A DNA stretch of 64,000 nt. It comes from Botryllus schlosseri. Its lineage: Eukaryota. The stretch is taken from assembly GCA_051294905.1 (NCBI GenBank), contig CM119371.1:17484001-17548000 (forward strand). The letters run 5' to 3'. The notes below the pieces were generated by a model. It was given only the letters and a program-made list of their open reading frames with translations, made no database searches and was not told where the DNA came from. Made by a program: the position numbers and the translations under genes. Of the stretch, positions 25,009-39,126 are shown piece by piece (position 1 is the stretch's first letter; each line of letters opens with the position of its first letter).

Positions 25009-25588
25009 CCATAGTTTCCTATATGGTGTGAATACAGCGAGACTGAACGGCTCGCTGCATTTGGGTTACGTCATACTTTCCATTTGATTAAAGGCGACTA
25101 TACGGCAATTTTTTACCAGCTTGTCGAGAGCTAAAGTCGATAAAATAGGTATCAACGGAGAGCCACTGGTGTACTGATTGCAAGAATAAATTTTATTCTG
25201 CTCATGGTCCTGGAACCCCTCCAAATAACACTCGAAATTTGCACCGTAATCGAGAATGTTAATCTGTCTGGCTCTTTCTTCTTAGCTCAACTCTAGTTTC
25301 CCCAGATAGAGTTATTGTGTCACATTGCTAAAGTCGATGCAAAATTCGAGGCTCATTTTTTTTTTTTTTGGGGGGGGGGTCCCAGGGCCATGAGCAGAAT
25401 AAATTTTATGTTTTCGCAATCAGTTAAGAATGAGCTCTCCATTGATACCCGTTTTTACGAATTTAGCGCCAGGCAAGCCGGTCAATAATGGCCGTAAAGT
25501 TGCCCTTGGTCAAATGGAAAGTACGACGTAAACCAAATGCAGCGAGCCGTTCATTCTCGCTGTAGCCACACCACCTAGGCCACTATGG
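25009..25588. mobile_element. Foldback MITE with TA TSD
   Basis: Long imperfect TIRs (ccatag...ggtgtgaatacagcgagactgaacggctcgctgcatttgg / ccaaatgcagcgagccgttcattctcgctgtagccacacc...ctatgg), TA at 25007-8 and 25589-90. Confidence 0.85.
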
Positions 25589-25630
25589 TAAGACAAGACA
25601 ATTTCAACGATATTGCTTGTTGCGCCACAG

Positions 25631-25941
25631 TCCCAGATCAAACCAAGAAGCAAGATGCTCTCGCACGATCGATTCGTTCGCAACTCGAAAAGTACAATAA
25701 TGGATTCGCAGACGTTCGTATGGAAATCTATACAGCAATCTACGAATCAGACGACGACATTCTCATGAAACACCATTCCGTCATCAACGCATCTAAGATC
25801 TCATTGAGTCGCGTTGAAGCTAATATCATTGGATCGCTTGCAGCAAGGAATGAAACCCTTGATTCGTTGAATTTAACCCACTGCAAAATCAACGGCGAGC
25901 TTTTGGGCATTATTGCAAAGTGCATGGATAATCGAATTCAC
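25631..25941 (+). CDS. NLR gene, HD2/LRR exon
   Basis: Acceptor gcgccacag, phase 1 matching the NACHT donor; MEIYTAIYES resembles the HD2 end; LRR-like ETLDSLNLTHCKINGELLGII; donor cac|gtgagt, phase 0. Confidence 0.8.
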
Positions 25942-26426
25942 GTGAGTCACTTTAATAAATCATAGCTTCTGTAGGAAAACACTAGAAGAAGGTTTTCTAA
26001 ATTCATCAAATTCATACCCAGTGCATTTTTCAATGCGGTGCCTACCAGACATGGGGTGATTACGTCATGAATGTAATCGATTGCGATTACGAATACTTCT
26101 GAATCTCGCGATCACGATTACAGCAAAATCAGAAAGTAGTCGATCACGATTACGATTACATTGGAAAAGTAATCGCCTACTAACGATTACATTTATTTTG
26201 CTTCTTACAACTAATCTTAGAAGGTATATTGGAACAGAATATGAGGATTGCGATGAAAAGGCCTAATGAGATAATAACTTTATTTATAAATGATGCCTCA
26301 TATGCTTGTTACGTCATATTGTACCCATTGCCCAGCTTTATGGGAAAACTTTATCGCACCCAACAATTTGCATTCTTGCCAAGTCCGACTACCTCACTTC
26401 AACCTGTCTCGTAGGGGACTCAATAC

Positions 26427-27935
26427 CAACGTTCCCTCTAAGCTGCGCACGTGCGCAAATGCGCAGTGTTGAAACGGTCTCTGCGCACAGAAAATCTGCG
26501 CTGCGCAGAAGAAATTAGAAATGATGTTTTTTTATAGTTGTTGCGCACTGTTGTCCAATGGACCACGCAGGCGCGCAGATTAGTGAAAATTAAGATAGAA
26601 CATTGCCAGGGCCAAATAGTGTTATCACGGAAGTCTGGAACCGAGGTACAAGTGCGCCCCGCAAAGGTAACTATTGCGCTCCGTGAAGAAATGAGAATTC
26701 ACAATCACGTGGGACTCACGGAAGATATTTTTTTAGTATGGCCTCGTACGTGTGAGTGATACTGATATCATTTCAATAGCGCATTATTTTCTGGGAATGG
26801 CGAAATAAGACGGTTTAACAAAGTTATAAGTAACAATGGGCTAGCTCGAAGTTAATCTGCGAGAAACTAACGAATAGTCTTCTCCGCGTGGCATGAACAT
26901 TGGGTAAGATTTACTCAGGACCGTAACTTTCGCACCCCAAACCACCCAATTGGAGGGGCCGAGCTCAAAGGGGGTCCAAAATTATTTCGAGAATTAACAT
27001 AAATCATGGTGTATTTTTTGAAATTTTTCAGGATTTTTTTTCGCGCAACGCTCGTTTTATTATTGTCAGATATCTGATTGTTCGGTTCCCTTTCCCAACA
27101 AAAATTACGCATGATTTATAAAAATGGGCAGTTGGGCGTCGGCCATTACCGCACCATGACGCGCCAAGATATATGAAGTTAAAGGCTATGTAACATGCGA
27201 CTCCAAGAAGTGCGCCAGAACGATCAGCAGCGAGAAAACCTTGGGCGAAAAGACTGCCCCGGTGCTGACAAAAAACTTCGATATATACAATTAATACAAA
27301 TGTCTGTGTAGTTGTCCATGTCCATAGGTACCTAAATGGCTGGCGCCGAATGTTCCTGTCCTGACGATCCGAGTCCCGCAACAAGACAAATGCCATATCG
27401 AGTGAACATAATTTTCCAGTTAAGAAATACCAATTTGAAATCGTGTACGTCTTTTACTTTAGTACGTTTTGGCGATTTCAATATCTTTTGACACAGCAGA
27501 TAGGGGGTCAGGAAATAGCATCATGTAACGAAGTCATTATATCAACGGGTACGCCAGAAGATGTTTTATTATTATTTAAAGGGCCAATCTATTCCAACAC
27601 ACCTCACTGGATCAGCTCTACCGGTAAATCTGATTATGTGAGCATTATTGATAGCAATATATAGGAAGTTCCCGATCATATTGGCCTATATGCAATCATG
27701 AATTATATACTTTTTTCGCGCTTCGCGCGTTTATGGACGCTATTACCAATTGGGCACCCAATATAGATGATAAGTACCGGAAAAAAGCCTAGAACCCTAG
27801 GTGGTCTGGGGGGCGAAGCCACCCAGTAGTTAGTTTTATCACCCGATTGGAGAGTGGTTGCGCACTGTTGTCCGAGGGCCTGCGCAGTGAGTTGGCGTGT
27901 TTGCGCAGACTCTTGAAAAATTAGAGGGAACATTG
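26427..27935. mobile_element. hAT-type MITE with nested insertions
   Basis: TIR caacgttccctctaa / ttagagggaacattg, TSD ctcaatac / ctcaatgc. Confidence 0.85.
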
Positions 27936-28269
27936 CTCAATGCTATTACTCAAACCAATATACATTAAAGAGTATTTTCGTGGGATTTATAATTAAAAAA
28001 TAACAAATGCCACCCGGGGCACCCACAGAGGTATAAGGACATGATAATTTGTCTGTGCGTCACACGAAAGTTTTTCTGTTATTCTGCTACGTTTGGATGA
28101 CTATTACATCTTTTGATTATAACAAACCGTAGGTCACGAATTAACAACATACAATGAAGTAATTATAACAACATAGCAGATGTTAGATTTATGAATTACG
28201 TGCCCTCAGCTCTACAGGTCAATCTTACCAACGGGGGCTAAGAGAGGATTAAAAATTATTAGTGATGTA

Positions 28270-28985
28270 ATGGAATTACTATCTCCAAAGGCATATACGG
28301 AGCAAAATCGTCAGGCAAGAACTAGTCGTCATTTACCGCCAAGTTTGTCGGAATTCCACTGGCAATAGAGTGGGAGAATGGAAATGTGCACTAGGACATT
28401 ATAATAATTGTTGATTGGTAGAGTGCCCTTCAAGCGATTCAAGAAATGGAGGTGAAGTCTCATTGCCTTATCGGAAAGATTCTGCAAGGCATCCACGCAT
28501 TGAAAGAAAGAGGAATCAGTGTCGTACGGTGTCTTATTGGTATGGATTCGTGGATATTGCGGAATTCACGCGAACGAGAAAGCAGATGTCCTAGAGAAAG
28601 CGGTTGCCGACTCGCCTGTCCTAGAAGAAGAAGAGCCAAGCCTGAATTCGAAGGAAATCATACGAAAACATGTGTATGCAGAGTGGAGCTCGAGATTTGC
28701 AGGTTCCAAAACTGCAGAACATTTCAAAAAGTTTGTTGCCTATTTTTATTCAGCTGTTAGCTTCTGTGAAATGCCGAAGAAAAGCCAGTCAATTCTATTC
28801 CGCCTATAAACCGGGCATTGTGGATTAAGAGCACATCTCAACAGAATTGGTTTGTCAGATTCTCCAAATTGCGAATGGGTTAATGAACTAGAAGACGTAG
28901 CCTATCAATATTCAAGATCGGGCGCAAATGACCTTATCGGCAATAAGCCCTAATAATTGTTCAAATGCACACACACACACACACT
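28270..28985 (+). mobile_element. Non-LTR retrotransposon 3' fragment (RNase H plus C-terminal cysteine-rich region, I/Nimb-like), (CA)n tail
   Basis: WIRGYCGIHANEKAD (RNase H), LFRL*TGHCGLRAHLNRIG..PNC; stops and frameshifts. Confidence 0.8.
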
Positions 28986-29100
28986 ACGTAAAATGCTCGA
29001 ACCTCAAAGTACCAATATAATTGGAAGTCCTACTTACTGACGCACGTCTCTTCAAGGATGCCATAGATTTCAATCTATCCACGAATGCAATATTCTACTT

Positions 29101-30199
29101 CAGGGGTTCTCAACCCGCGGCCCGCAGACGTTCATTTTGCGGCCCGTGACATCTTTCTTTATAAACGCAATTACTACTGACACGGTATTGTTACAAATTG
29201 ATTTAGATACTCAGCTCCTTTATTGCACCGTCTCTGTATCGTTTCATTACTCATTATTGAAAGCAGTGGTTCTCAAACAGGGGGCGCGCCCCCATGGGGT
29301 CTGAAAGCATCTTAAGGGGGCGCAAAGCTGCGGTCAACTAAAAAAATTTGCGCTGCGCGCATTTTATCTCCAGGTTTTGAATATTGCTCTGTGTATATAG
29401 TCCGAATTTCATATTTGAGAATTCTCTCATCAACAGCCATAACCTTCCATGCCACCAAACTAGCCGTTGGTATTGCTAGCATTCTGGTTGCATTTTGTGA
29501 TATAACGATAAGGGGGCACGAATTTTTTCCCTATCAAGAAGAGGGGTGTGCCTAACACAGTTGCCGCGTAGACTACTTTAAATCAGCCTTCGTCGAATCC
29601 ACCGACATTGCATAACTAATTATCTGATTGAAATTTATCAGAGTGGACAATGGACATGTAGAGGAAATGCTGGACGGGCAAACGTGGGGATGGTACCAGC
29701 GAAAAATATCAACTTGACAAAGTTGACTTCTGTAGCTATTGCCGCAGGCCCCCAGGAATCGAAGGAAAGGAGAATGGTTGCTTGGAAATGGCCCGGAACA
29801 CCAGACTTCTTCTCATATCACTCACGGCTCAATGTGCTAATGGCCTCCGTAACGCAAAAGTTACCGTAATTTTATACTTGCTCGCTCACGCATTGAAACA
29901 GAGAGTTCGGTTCTCTGGTGGAATGGTTTGAAGTTGCAAATACCAACATAGCAACGAATGCAATGCACGCTCCATGAATGGATTAACTTGTGTCGCTAGA
30001 AGATACATCGTCACACAGCGAACGCTGTCCATTATAATGCACATAAACGTGCTAAATGCCCGTATACGACTGGCAAATAGGCTGCAGTGGCCTAAATTTA
30101 ACATTCGCCCACAAATACATGTTTATATTGTTCTGCGGCCCGCAGTGTCTTCTGGTATTAAAATGCGGGCCGTTATACAAGGGTAGTTGAGAAGCCCTG
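29101..30199. mobile_element. hAT-type MITE with nested MITE (about 29263-29570)
   Basis: TIR caggggttctcaac / gttgagaagccctg, TSD ttctactt / atctactt. Confidence 0.85.
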
Positions 30200-30476
30200 A
30201 TCTACTTGATGAACAATTATCGGAAATATGGGGACATAAACCATTAAGTTAAAATCGCCAATCAAATCATACTCAACAACAACAACAACCCTAAAAAAGC
30301 TGTGACTCGACTTGATTGGAGAGTCACCTTCGAAATTCGATTGACTTGACTTGACTCGAGTCAAAATATGTAATGACTCGAGATGACTCGTGACTCGAAA
30401 GTAGTGACTTGACCCCAACACTGCTTTGATGCTACCGGATTATTCATCACTCATGACAAGTCATATTCAGTTACAT

Positions 30477-31252
30477 CAGGGCTGTCAAACATTCGGCCCG
30501 CAAGCCGCCGATCCACCAGACGATTCCATCCAGCCCGCTAAGCAATTCTGAGTTGAGTGAAAGAATCTTATATCATCCAGCACATTTGTAGCAAATGATG
30601 AGATTTATTTTGCAGGAAATACATCCGTAAAAGATTTCCTCAAGACAGCAAATGTCGAGCATTTTCATGTTCATAGGCCAAATTACAACTGCCGGACTAC
30701 AGAGTTGTGGTTTCACTCTACTGACTCTAGTTGCCACTCAAGCCGTTGACATTGACACCCAATTTCGAGAAGGCAAGATATGCACACTGGGTTCAGAGTT
30801 TTATGAAAAAGATTGACTGAAAAGTAGCTATTCACAGAAGCGATGACGCCATTGGGGAGTCGGTACCAATATATGCAGTTTACATGGAAAATTCATTTGT
30901 TACACAAATATATAATTGAAACATCTACGGTCGCACTGATGTGTCACTTCCGAACCAATGAGACCCCGGGCGTAAGGGAAACCCGACTGGCGATTTATTA
31001 ATAATGACTTAATTTCCACGTCCACATTTAAAATTACATATCTTGTATTCCTCATGACGCGTACGTAGGGCTAACGCCTGATTGCGACTAAAGCAAAGCG
31101 TGCAGAGAAATATGCGAACTTATATCGTCAGCCGTGTATATATGCTTGATAATCAAGCATTCAAGTGAAAAGCAAGGGCACGCGGTAACATTTTGGAATC
31201 AGTTGGCTGATCCGGCTCACGAGCAACGAACAATTTGAGTTTGACACCTCTG
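30477..31252. mobile_element. hAT-type MITE
   Basis: TIR cagggctgtcaaac / gtttgacacctctg, TSD agttacat / agtgacat. Confidence 0.8.
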
Positions 31253-33214
31253 AGTGACATTGAAAGAGGCCACATAGAGAGTAACAACATAGATATCCGT
31301 CGAAACTCAAGAGTTAGATTAATCCATGTTTTACATCAGGTGTCGCCGGCCACTTCACAAAATTCGTGGAGGCCCCGGGCTGCATGACTTCAATATCGAG
31401 ATAAAAATAAACAACGCTGTTTAACAACCACGTTTGGATATATCTACGTCAGTAGAACGCTATGCTCTCTAACATGGGCAACGAGCGTAGCTACCACAAA
31501 AAATATATATATTTTATTGAAGTTATTTTGCATAATCATGAGTCAATTTCGTCATTAATATTAGTGGAATTTCACATATTATTATCAAATAGTTATTCTA
31601 TCTTAGCCCATGTGAGCAGATTAACCGGTACAGTAGATGCTTGGTTGTCTTCGAAAATTTAGGAAAGTGATAATTTCTGTGCTGCATCTTTGGGTGAGCC
31701 AATTGTTATTAGTCCTCTTCATTGCATCCTGTTATTTATCGACTTGTCGTCGGGATTGTTGGTATAGTGCAGTGGGTCTCAACTGGTGTGCCGCGGCACG
31801 CGGCCGCGGCCAATTGGACTGCTCAGGTGTGCCGCGAGCAAAATGTGGTAAACTATGTCAAAGTATAACAAAAATCCAAATTTTGAGTGTGTCATTGTTG
31901 GTTTTTTTATTGAATTTGCCCGATCAAGACACGCGATGCACAATCCGATGCATTGAACAGATATAAGGTTGACAAGGCGACCGTAGTTACGATATCTCAA
32001 TCTTGTATCTCAATCCGGCATCCCCATTAGGTAGGGTTACCATATTCTGGAGTCGGGATAAGAGGACACTTTTTCAAAATTTCTTAACTTAGAATACCGG
32101 TGGAAAATCCTGAAAAAACGGTAAATGTTTTCCACTTCGTGGTCGGTTGACTAAAGAAAAAAGTCAACTTTCGCTCATCTCCCGAAATACCCGCCTGAGT
32201 GTTAGTTCAGTGCTATTTTATGGTATCTCGGTCGCATTTTGCCCTATGTTTAACGAAAATTCTCAAACAAGAGGACAAAATCTCAAAAAGGAGGACATTT
32301 AGGCATCCTCGGAGGACATTTTCAAAAACCCGAAAAAGGATGACGTATGCTAACCCTGCATTAGGTCATGGATTGGGTCTTTCTCTGGGCTTTTTATTGT
32401 AAAGACGCTCTGAGCACAGCAACGTATAGGGTCGGAGAATCTCATAAATCTGCGACGCTTCGTAACTTGCTACTGTACTGCCATGAATCAAACTGGGGCC
32501 TGCACCGTCAATGGGCGTGATACGCTAGTTTACCCACACATAGTAGCATTTAGGACGGGGATAACTAAACTCGGGCAATTGGACCGTGATATTGACGTGT
32601 GGCCGAAGTGTTCACCTTTTACTCGTCACCCCCATCAGAACCGGAGGCCGAACAGGGACATGACGCAGGTTGATGACCTTTTTCAGTTTCTATTTGTAGT
32701 CGTATTCTTGCCATGTCTTCGTCATCGATGATCATTTTACACCATACCGATATTACTTATTATTTTGATTCCTGAGATGCCAACTCATAGCACGGCCCAC
32801 TTTTTGTGAGCCCCTGATTTTGAAGATTGAAGGACGAGCAGGAGCGTACATAAATCCCCAACACCTAGGAAGGCATTCTCACCATCGAGAAATGAACTCA
32901 TGTGGAAGTGATGTTCACGTTTACCAATTAGAATTTCCAACATAGTCACTCATATTGAGATTGTTAGGTAGCGTGCTTGCACTGCAGGTAAAATGTAGGC
33001 TCAGGGTGCCACGTTATGTTGCAGGCGACAAATTCGAAAATGGAGAAGTAAATTTGATCCAATTATATCAGTTACAAATTTCCCCGCCGCTGAGGTTTAT
33101 TATCCCGGTTTGTTGGAACTACAATTGAACTGCGGGTGGGTGCCAGTAACACTATTGAGGTATATTATCCTCACAGATGCTATTACACGATCTGCGTGGA
33201 AATGCGTTAGGCAT

Positions 33215-34173
33215 TAGGGATGGTGTGAACCTCTGAAAGGTTCAGGTTCGCGTGAACGCGAACCTTTTTGAAAGGCTCTGTGTGAACGCGAACGTGAACC
33301 TCATTACGTCATATTGCTAATTCCTACCCTATATTTCAGTGGAGTGATAGCCTATATTATTGTACACGATTGCGACGACTCGGCTCACATAATGCCACAA
33401 TGCTTAAGTACATATTGTCGTTTTAAACGTCGCCAAATGCATCAACTGGGGCAATCAAATGATAAAATAATCCTATAAAATCAATATCTTCAGTCGCTTT
33501 GCCAACAATTTCGACAGGAAAGTAAGGGAATATAAGCTTACGCCTTAACGATCTAGGCCAGACCGCCCAGCCACTGTATTCGACGTCTGAGTATTGCTAC
33601 GTTGATATTGAGCAGAGTGTAAAACGGGTTTCTATACTTGCTACCGACATTACCCCATCAACAAGTTATACAGTAGTAGCCAACAGCTCAATAGCGCGGA
33701 TTGGTTTTTATGATACATATGAAATCAATATTTACCCCGTACGCCTGCTAGGTTTTTTACATCAGACAACGATATCAATTTCATTGATCAGTTGAATAAG
33801 TATCATTCGCTGACTATACCTACATGTAATGTATTTCTCTATTGATGTTGTGTGATTGGGGGTCAAGCTCACAGAAGAGAGTCACTAAATATCCGAGCAA
33901 ACTTTTTAACAAAGCAAGTAAAATTTTTGAGATTGTCACGGTGCATGCTCGTTTAGTGACGATTTTTGTGCTACAAGCGCCATGCATATAATGGCCCGCA
34001 GTTGAAATGCAATAAATGTCAACCAAAGATGTTATAATGAAGTGAAAATTGTAATATATGAAAAAGGTTCACAGTGCAGAACCTATTAAGGTTCGTCTGT
34101 GAACGTGAACCTCTAAATTTCTGAAGTTCACACTCAGAACGCGAACGTGAACCTCACGTTCACACCATCCCTA
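33215..34173. mobile_element. Complete TAGGGATGGTGTGAAC-family hAT non-autonomous element
   Basis: TIR tagggatggtgtgaac / gttcacaccatcccta, perfect TSD ttaggcat. Confidence 0.95.
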
Positions 34174-34229
34174 TTAGGCATCCATGTATAATACACCTCT
34201 ATACGCCTCTGTATTTGTTAGTGGCGATC

Positions 34230-34720
34230 GTGATTGGACTCTTCGATGCGACGGTTAATTACATCGACAATGCGGTAATGGGCAGGCTTTATTGTCAATC
34301 CAATCTGTTGAAATTAAGCTAAACCTGAAGTTTAAACGAGATCTCAGCGGGACAGTTTTGTGGTAACCAACGTTCCTCCAAGCTGTGTAAGTGCGCAGAC
34401 GCGCAGTGCTGACACGGGTCTGCGGCTGCGCACAAAAAATCCGAAGTGATGACATTATTTTTTAGTATTCTTGGTAACAGAGGTAATGGCTGATAATTCA
34501 AAACCTCACACAGAAGCGGAGAAAGTTCTTCTTCCGACCTGCAATAAAATTGTAAAAAATGTTTGGGAAGAATCGAAAACGATTCCCATGTCAAATGATA
34601 TCATTCGTAGACGTATTTTAGAGATGTCCGCAGCGATAAAAGAAAACTCAAGCAGAGAAAAGCCTATTTGAGTGTTCCAAAAAGGTAGAAGTACTTCGTC
34701 AGTGACCATGACAACTCTGT
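34230..34720 (+). pseudogene. Buster/Charlie-type hAT transposase relic, interrupted by a MITE end
   Basis: KPHTEAEKVLLPTC...IPMSNDIIRRRILEMS matches the KPHTI.E..ILP / PLSNDT..RRI..MS motifs of Buster/ZBED5-8-like transposases. Confidence 0.8.
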
Positions 34721-35619
34721 AAAACTATATGGTTGCTGCTATAAGCAATCTGTTAGTTTGCCTGCGCCGTAAGCCAAAAGAGTTCAGAACCACTGTGCTA
34801 GTGTGCCGCGAACTATTCTTCATTTTCAAAGTGTGCCGCGAAGTCAAAAAGGTTGAGAACCACTGGTATAGTGGGATGATATTAGATTCGCCCAAACGTA
34901 AGCATTCCAGAAATAAATTTCCTTCGTGAGGAGAACAGAACGATTGCAAATTGGTATTCCTATATGGGGCGCATAATTTTCCTCTTCGCATTGTGTGGCG
35001 CGGATTACAAAGGAAACTACTATATTAAAATCGGAAATCAACTCGCATTGGACCGCGTCTAGCGCGAAGTAAACTTCAACAGTATACCAACCATGGTTGT
35101 GATCAAGTAACTAGGCTCCTAGTCACGAGTCAATCTCGCTTTCATAGTTTTGTCTCGAGTCAAGGTCCTAGTCATTGTGCTGGCTGCTCAGTTCCCAGTT
35201 AAAGTCCTGTTAAATCCACTTTTTATACTGCTTGGTGATATCGAATGGTTTGAATTTGAAATGTACTAATTTTCTCTACTTTTGCAGTTTCTAGTTGCAT
35301 TTTTAAGTACCAGGACCAATAGACAAAATCCCTATAGTGTGATTACTTATTACTTGTCTTCTAAATTCAATTTGCATATTAACAGCCGCTAACACGTCCT
35401 AATTAAATTAAGTGTCGACGTAAAGCTTGGTCTCTTGGGGAGCCCGTAGTCGTTTTGCAACTGTCTTGATTTTGGAAATGGTGGGTCATTGCACGTCAAG
35501 CCAATATGCCAATTCATATCAGAAATTATTCCTCCATCGCAAGATATTACCATCTCAAAATCCTTATCAGCTAGTGTGGAATAGAGATGTTGGGAACAGG
35601 AAAATGGCTTTCTTTGAAC

Positions 35620-35651
<32 letters not shown>

Positions 35652-35849
35652 GGTCGCGATCCACGAAATATGAATGCGGTACGCGGGCTGCATGTTGGTG
35701 ACCACTGGTTTACAACGTCCGGGCTAATCGTCATATAAGATCGCTGATAAGCAGAGATGCTGACTAAATTTTGTCGCGCGATCAAATTTCGTGCAGACGA
35801 TTAGGTTTATGGTATCAGATGTAACAGCCGTGCTTGGGTGAGTCATGAC

Positions 35850-36415
35850 CAGGGTTGTAACCAAGTCACAAAGCTCCGAGTCACAAGTCATTCTCATTTT
35901 TATTGTTTTGACTCGAATCAAGTCGAGTCATTTTCAATTCACTACCGAGTCAAGTCAGAGTCCAAGTCATCGAGCAGAGGTTCGAGTCCGAGTCGTGGTA
36001 TTATGACTCGAGTCCGAGTCCAAGTCATTGTGTTGACTGCTCGGTTTCCAGTTAAAGTCCTAATAAACCTACTCTTATAACCCTGTTTGGTGATATCGAA
36101 TGGTTCGCATTTATAATATATTAATTTTCCTCACTTTTAACAATTTCTGGTTGCATTTTCAAGTACCAGTACCAATAGATGTAATCCCAATAGGGTGGTT
36201 ACTGTTTTTCGAAATTACAATGAAGTGTCGGTGTTGGCCGTCTGAGTCTCGAGTCATATGACGTGGTTCGAGTCATGCGCAATGACTCGAATCCAAGTCG
36301 AGCCAATACGCAGATTGACTCGAGTCGAGTCGAGTCATTTACGTATTTTGACAAAATGACTCGAGTCAAGTCGAATCATCAAAAAATCGTGACTCGTGAC
36401 CCTCGTCATGACGGA
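35850..36415. repeat. GACTCGAGTC-array element (related copies about 30270-30424, 35090-35390, 41520-41640, 49325-49432, 55780-55920, 63890-63960)
   Basis: Recurring gactcgagtc / gagtcaagtc arrays with shared flanks. Confidence 0.8.
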
Positions 36416-37096
36416 CTGTGCTAGCTCGTTTTCTGTTGTGTTGTGAAAAATGGCATTCGATATCCACCTCAGAGATGGATAGTAACGAAGTAATTCTTTT
36501 ATACGATCTACTCAAGTACTTTCTTCTTCGCCCAGTGCATATCCTGATTAAATCTAATTATCTGCTATACGTCTACTTCTACTTCGTCGTATTTTGTGAC
36601 TTACTTTTCGGTATTCACAGTTTACCAATTACAAGTATATTGTCATTTCAAAAGAAGACAGAATGAGACAAAAATGAATAAGTTTGTGAGTTGTTTCCTG
36701 GGAAAGTCCAGAATTTTCATTATGGTTCACGCGAAATATGTATAAAATGACCGATTTGTCTCCGTCATTGTAATTGACGTTGTGTATTAAGTTCTTCATT
36801 AGTCCGTTACAAGAAAGATTCTGATTTTGTTCTGTATGAATTTGTCTGATGCATAAAATTACTCATATTCGTGGCATACAAGTCCATAGAGAATGTGAGT
36901 TGGAGATATTGTACAAGTAACGAAAACGCATTAGCATCGCATCGCCTCGTGAAATATGGAACCTATATGAAATTACCTACGAGGTTTCTGATATCAAGAA
37001 CTACGAGCATCGCTTCGTAATCTAGGCTAGTTCTTTTCAACCAGTGTGACGGTTCGAACTCGTGCTAATGAAAATAATTACTGTGCCAATGACGAA

Positions 37097-38610
37097 GGTG
37101 GTAGGTAGGTAGGTATTAGGGGGGAGGGGGCTTAGCTACTTGACTTTTTGCCCCAGGACGATAACTAGCGATTATTCACGCCTATACCAATGGTTATGAC
37201 TCTTCATATAGCCCTTCCACTCGCTATCATGAATTCAATGACTGGCCGTATAGTATGGTCATCTGTTAGCAGGGACTTGGGCGTTAATGATACTTTATTC
37301 CTCTCTGCGGTCTGTTGTAGATTCGTCCTGGCACGGTCATACTTAGGGCAGCGAAGGAGAAAGTGTTTTCTTCGATCCCGCACAAATCACAAAGGCCATT
37401 TTGGTGACATTTCGTTCTGTGGAGATGGCTGTTCAGCCTAGAATGGCCAGTCTGCAATCTAATTAGAATTCCGGCTTCTCTGCGAGACAAATTCATGATT
37501 GGTTTCACGTCCCTGATAACTCCAAACAATTTTTATATTGCGAGTCGTCTTCATTTGCATTCGTGTGAGCGATCCACTTTTCCGACATTTACCGACAATG
37601 TGAGATTTCATTTCCTTCGCAGTTAGTTTTTGTTGGAGGGTTTCATCGCGTGTGGGAGGCTTCACGGCTGCCCGCCTTGCGATTTCATCAGCTTTTACGT
37701 TACCGCGGATGCACTTATGGCCGGGGATCCGGGCCAGAACCAGTTCGATATGTAGTGCATATATCCGATCCTAGGATATGGATATCGGCGATGATTTCGT
37801 TGTCTGGAGAGCAGTTTCGAAACGCCATTAGGCTGCTCTGGCTGTCTGCAAAAATAGCCACCCGACTTTCTGGCGTACCATTACGTTTAACCCAATACAG
37901 ACTATTCCGGATGGCTATCAATTCTGTCGAGAGGACTGATAAGTGACCGTCAAGGGTAAAACTGGAACATGCGTCTCTATTATCCACAAAGAAACTAGCC
38001 CCACACCCTGATGAGGTTTTCGAACCATCAGTATATATTCTGATGCTCTCCGCGTATTGGTCGTGTATGAATTCTTCGGTGATATATTTCGCAAGATCGG
38101 GATGGTCATCTTTCGATATTAACTTAGCCAGGCGTAAGTCAACGCCTGTCTTCGGCCGTGACCATTGTGGCAACGGAACTGTTTGTAGGTTTGGACGATA
38201 GGGCCTTCGAGCATATCCGGTCCCGTCACCATGTTGAAGGTTCGGAATGAGTGTTTGTCCGGAAATATTTCATGCCACGAGCCGGTTATCAACTCCTGTG
38301 AGGCTGATTCACATTTGCCACTATCCTAGACCGCGAGTTTAGGCAAAGTTGCAAGTGACGCAACAATGGGAGGCTCCACACTCGAAAGTGGCAATGCATG
38401 CAAGAGCGTGCTCTTCATTGCTCCGCAGCAAATGCGAAGTGCAGTATTCTGAATTTTCTGTATTTCATCAATTACGTATTTTTGGGAAAGCAGGTATGCT
38501 TCGGAACCATATTCCATCATTGATCTTATGATGGATCTGCATAGCGTCAATACACTCGATTTTGATGCCCCCCAAGGTGTGGTGCCAGAGTGCGAAGGTG
38601 GTGCCAATGG
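37097..38610 (-). mobile_element. 5'-truncated non-LTR retrotransposon (I/Nimb-like): RT C-terminus, RNase H, cysteine-rich end, (TACC)n tail
   Basis: WGASK..TLCRSIIRSMMEYG..IQNTALRICCGAM; IYTDGSK..ELIAI..IFADSQSSL; IRLQTGHSRLNSHLHR..CDLCG; frameshifted. Confidence 0.9.
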
Positions 38611-39126
38611 TGCGAATGAAAATCTTGAATGACTGTTAATTTTTCTGACGTGTAATAATTCAAATAAACCTAATAGGAAATTCAAGAGCAGTGAAAACTG
38701 TTGTATTTGACACGGAATTGTAAAAACTTGTTTAACTTACGACGCGCCACTAATTAGATTATAATCGTGTCTTACAAGTCGTAGTAAATTAATATTTTCG
38801 CCATATGATTATTACGTAGCCAAAAGCTTGGTTTGGAAGCTGATGTAGTAGCAGGCATACGGTATCTCAGCCCGTCTGAGCCTGTGACAGGCTGGAAAAA
38901 TTACGTCAACTCGACTTTCTGCTTTCTTTCGCTGAACAGTCTTCATATTTTCGTAACAACTGTTCGATTAGCCCGAGGCACGAGGATAGTAGTAAACACC
39001 ATTATTTCAGACTCATAGTTGCAAGTTACTGTAACGGAAATTTTTACCCCTTCAAAGTTTGTTGAAGTATGGGCCGCAAAAGGGAATAATATCGGGTCTA
39101 CTCGGTGCCAAAGATATCAGTTAATA

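Noticed and set aside
27497-27637. Candidate NLR exon (QIGGQEIASCNEVIISTG...)
   Set aside because: Lies inside the TSD-bounded element 26427-27935 and has no LRR character
30616-30760. Strong-looking acceptor tttattttgcag
   Set aside because: Inside MITE 30477-31252; the phase-0 frame stops immediately
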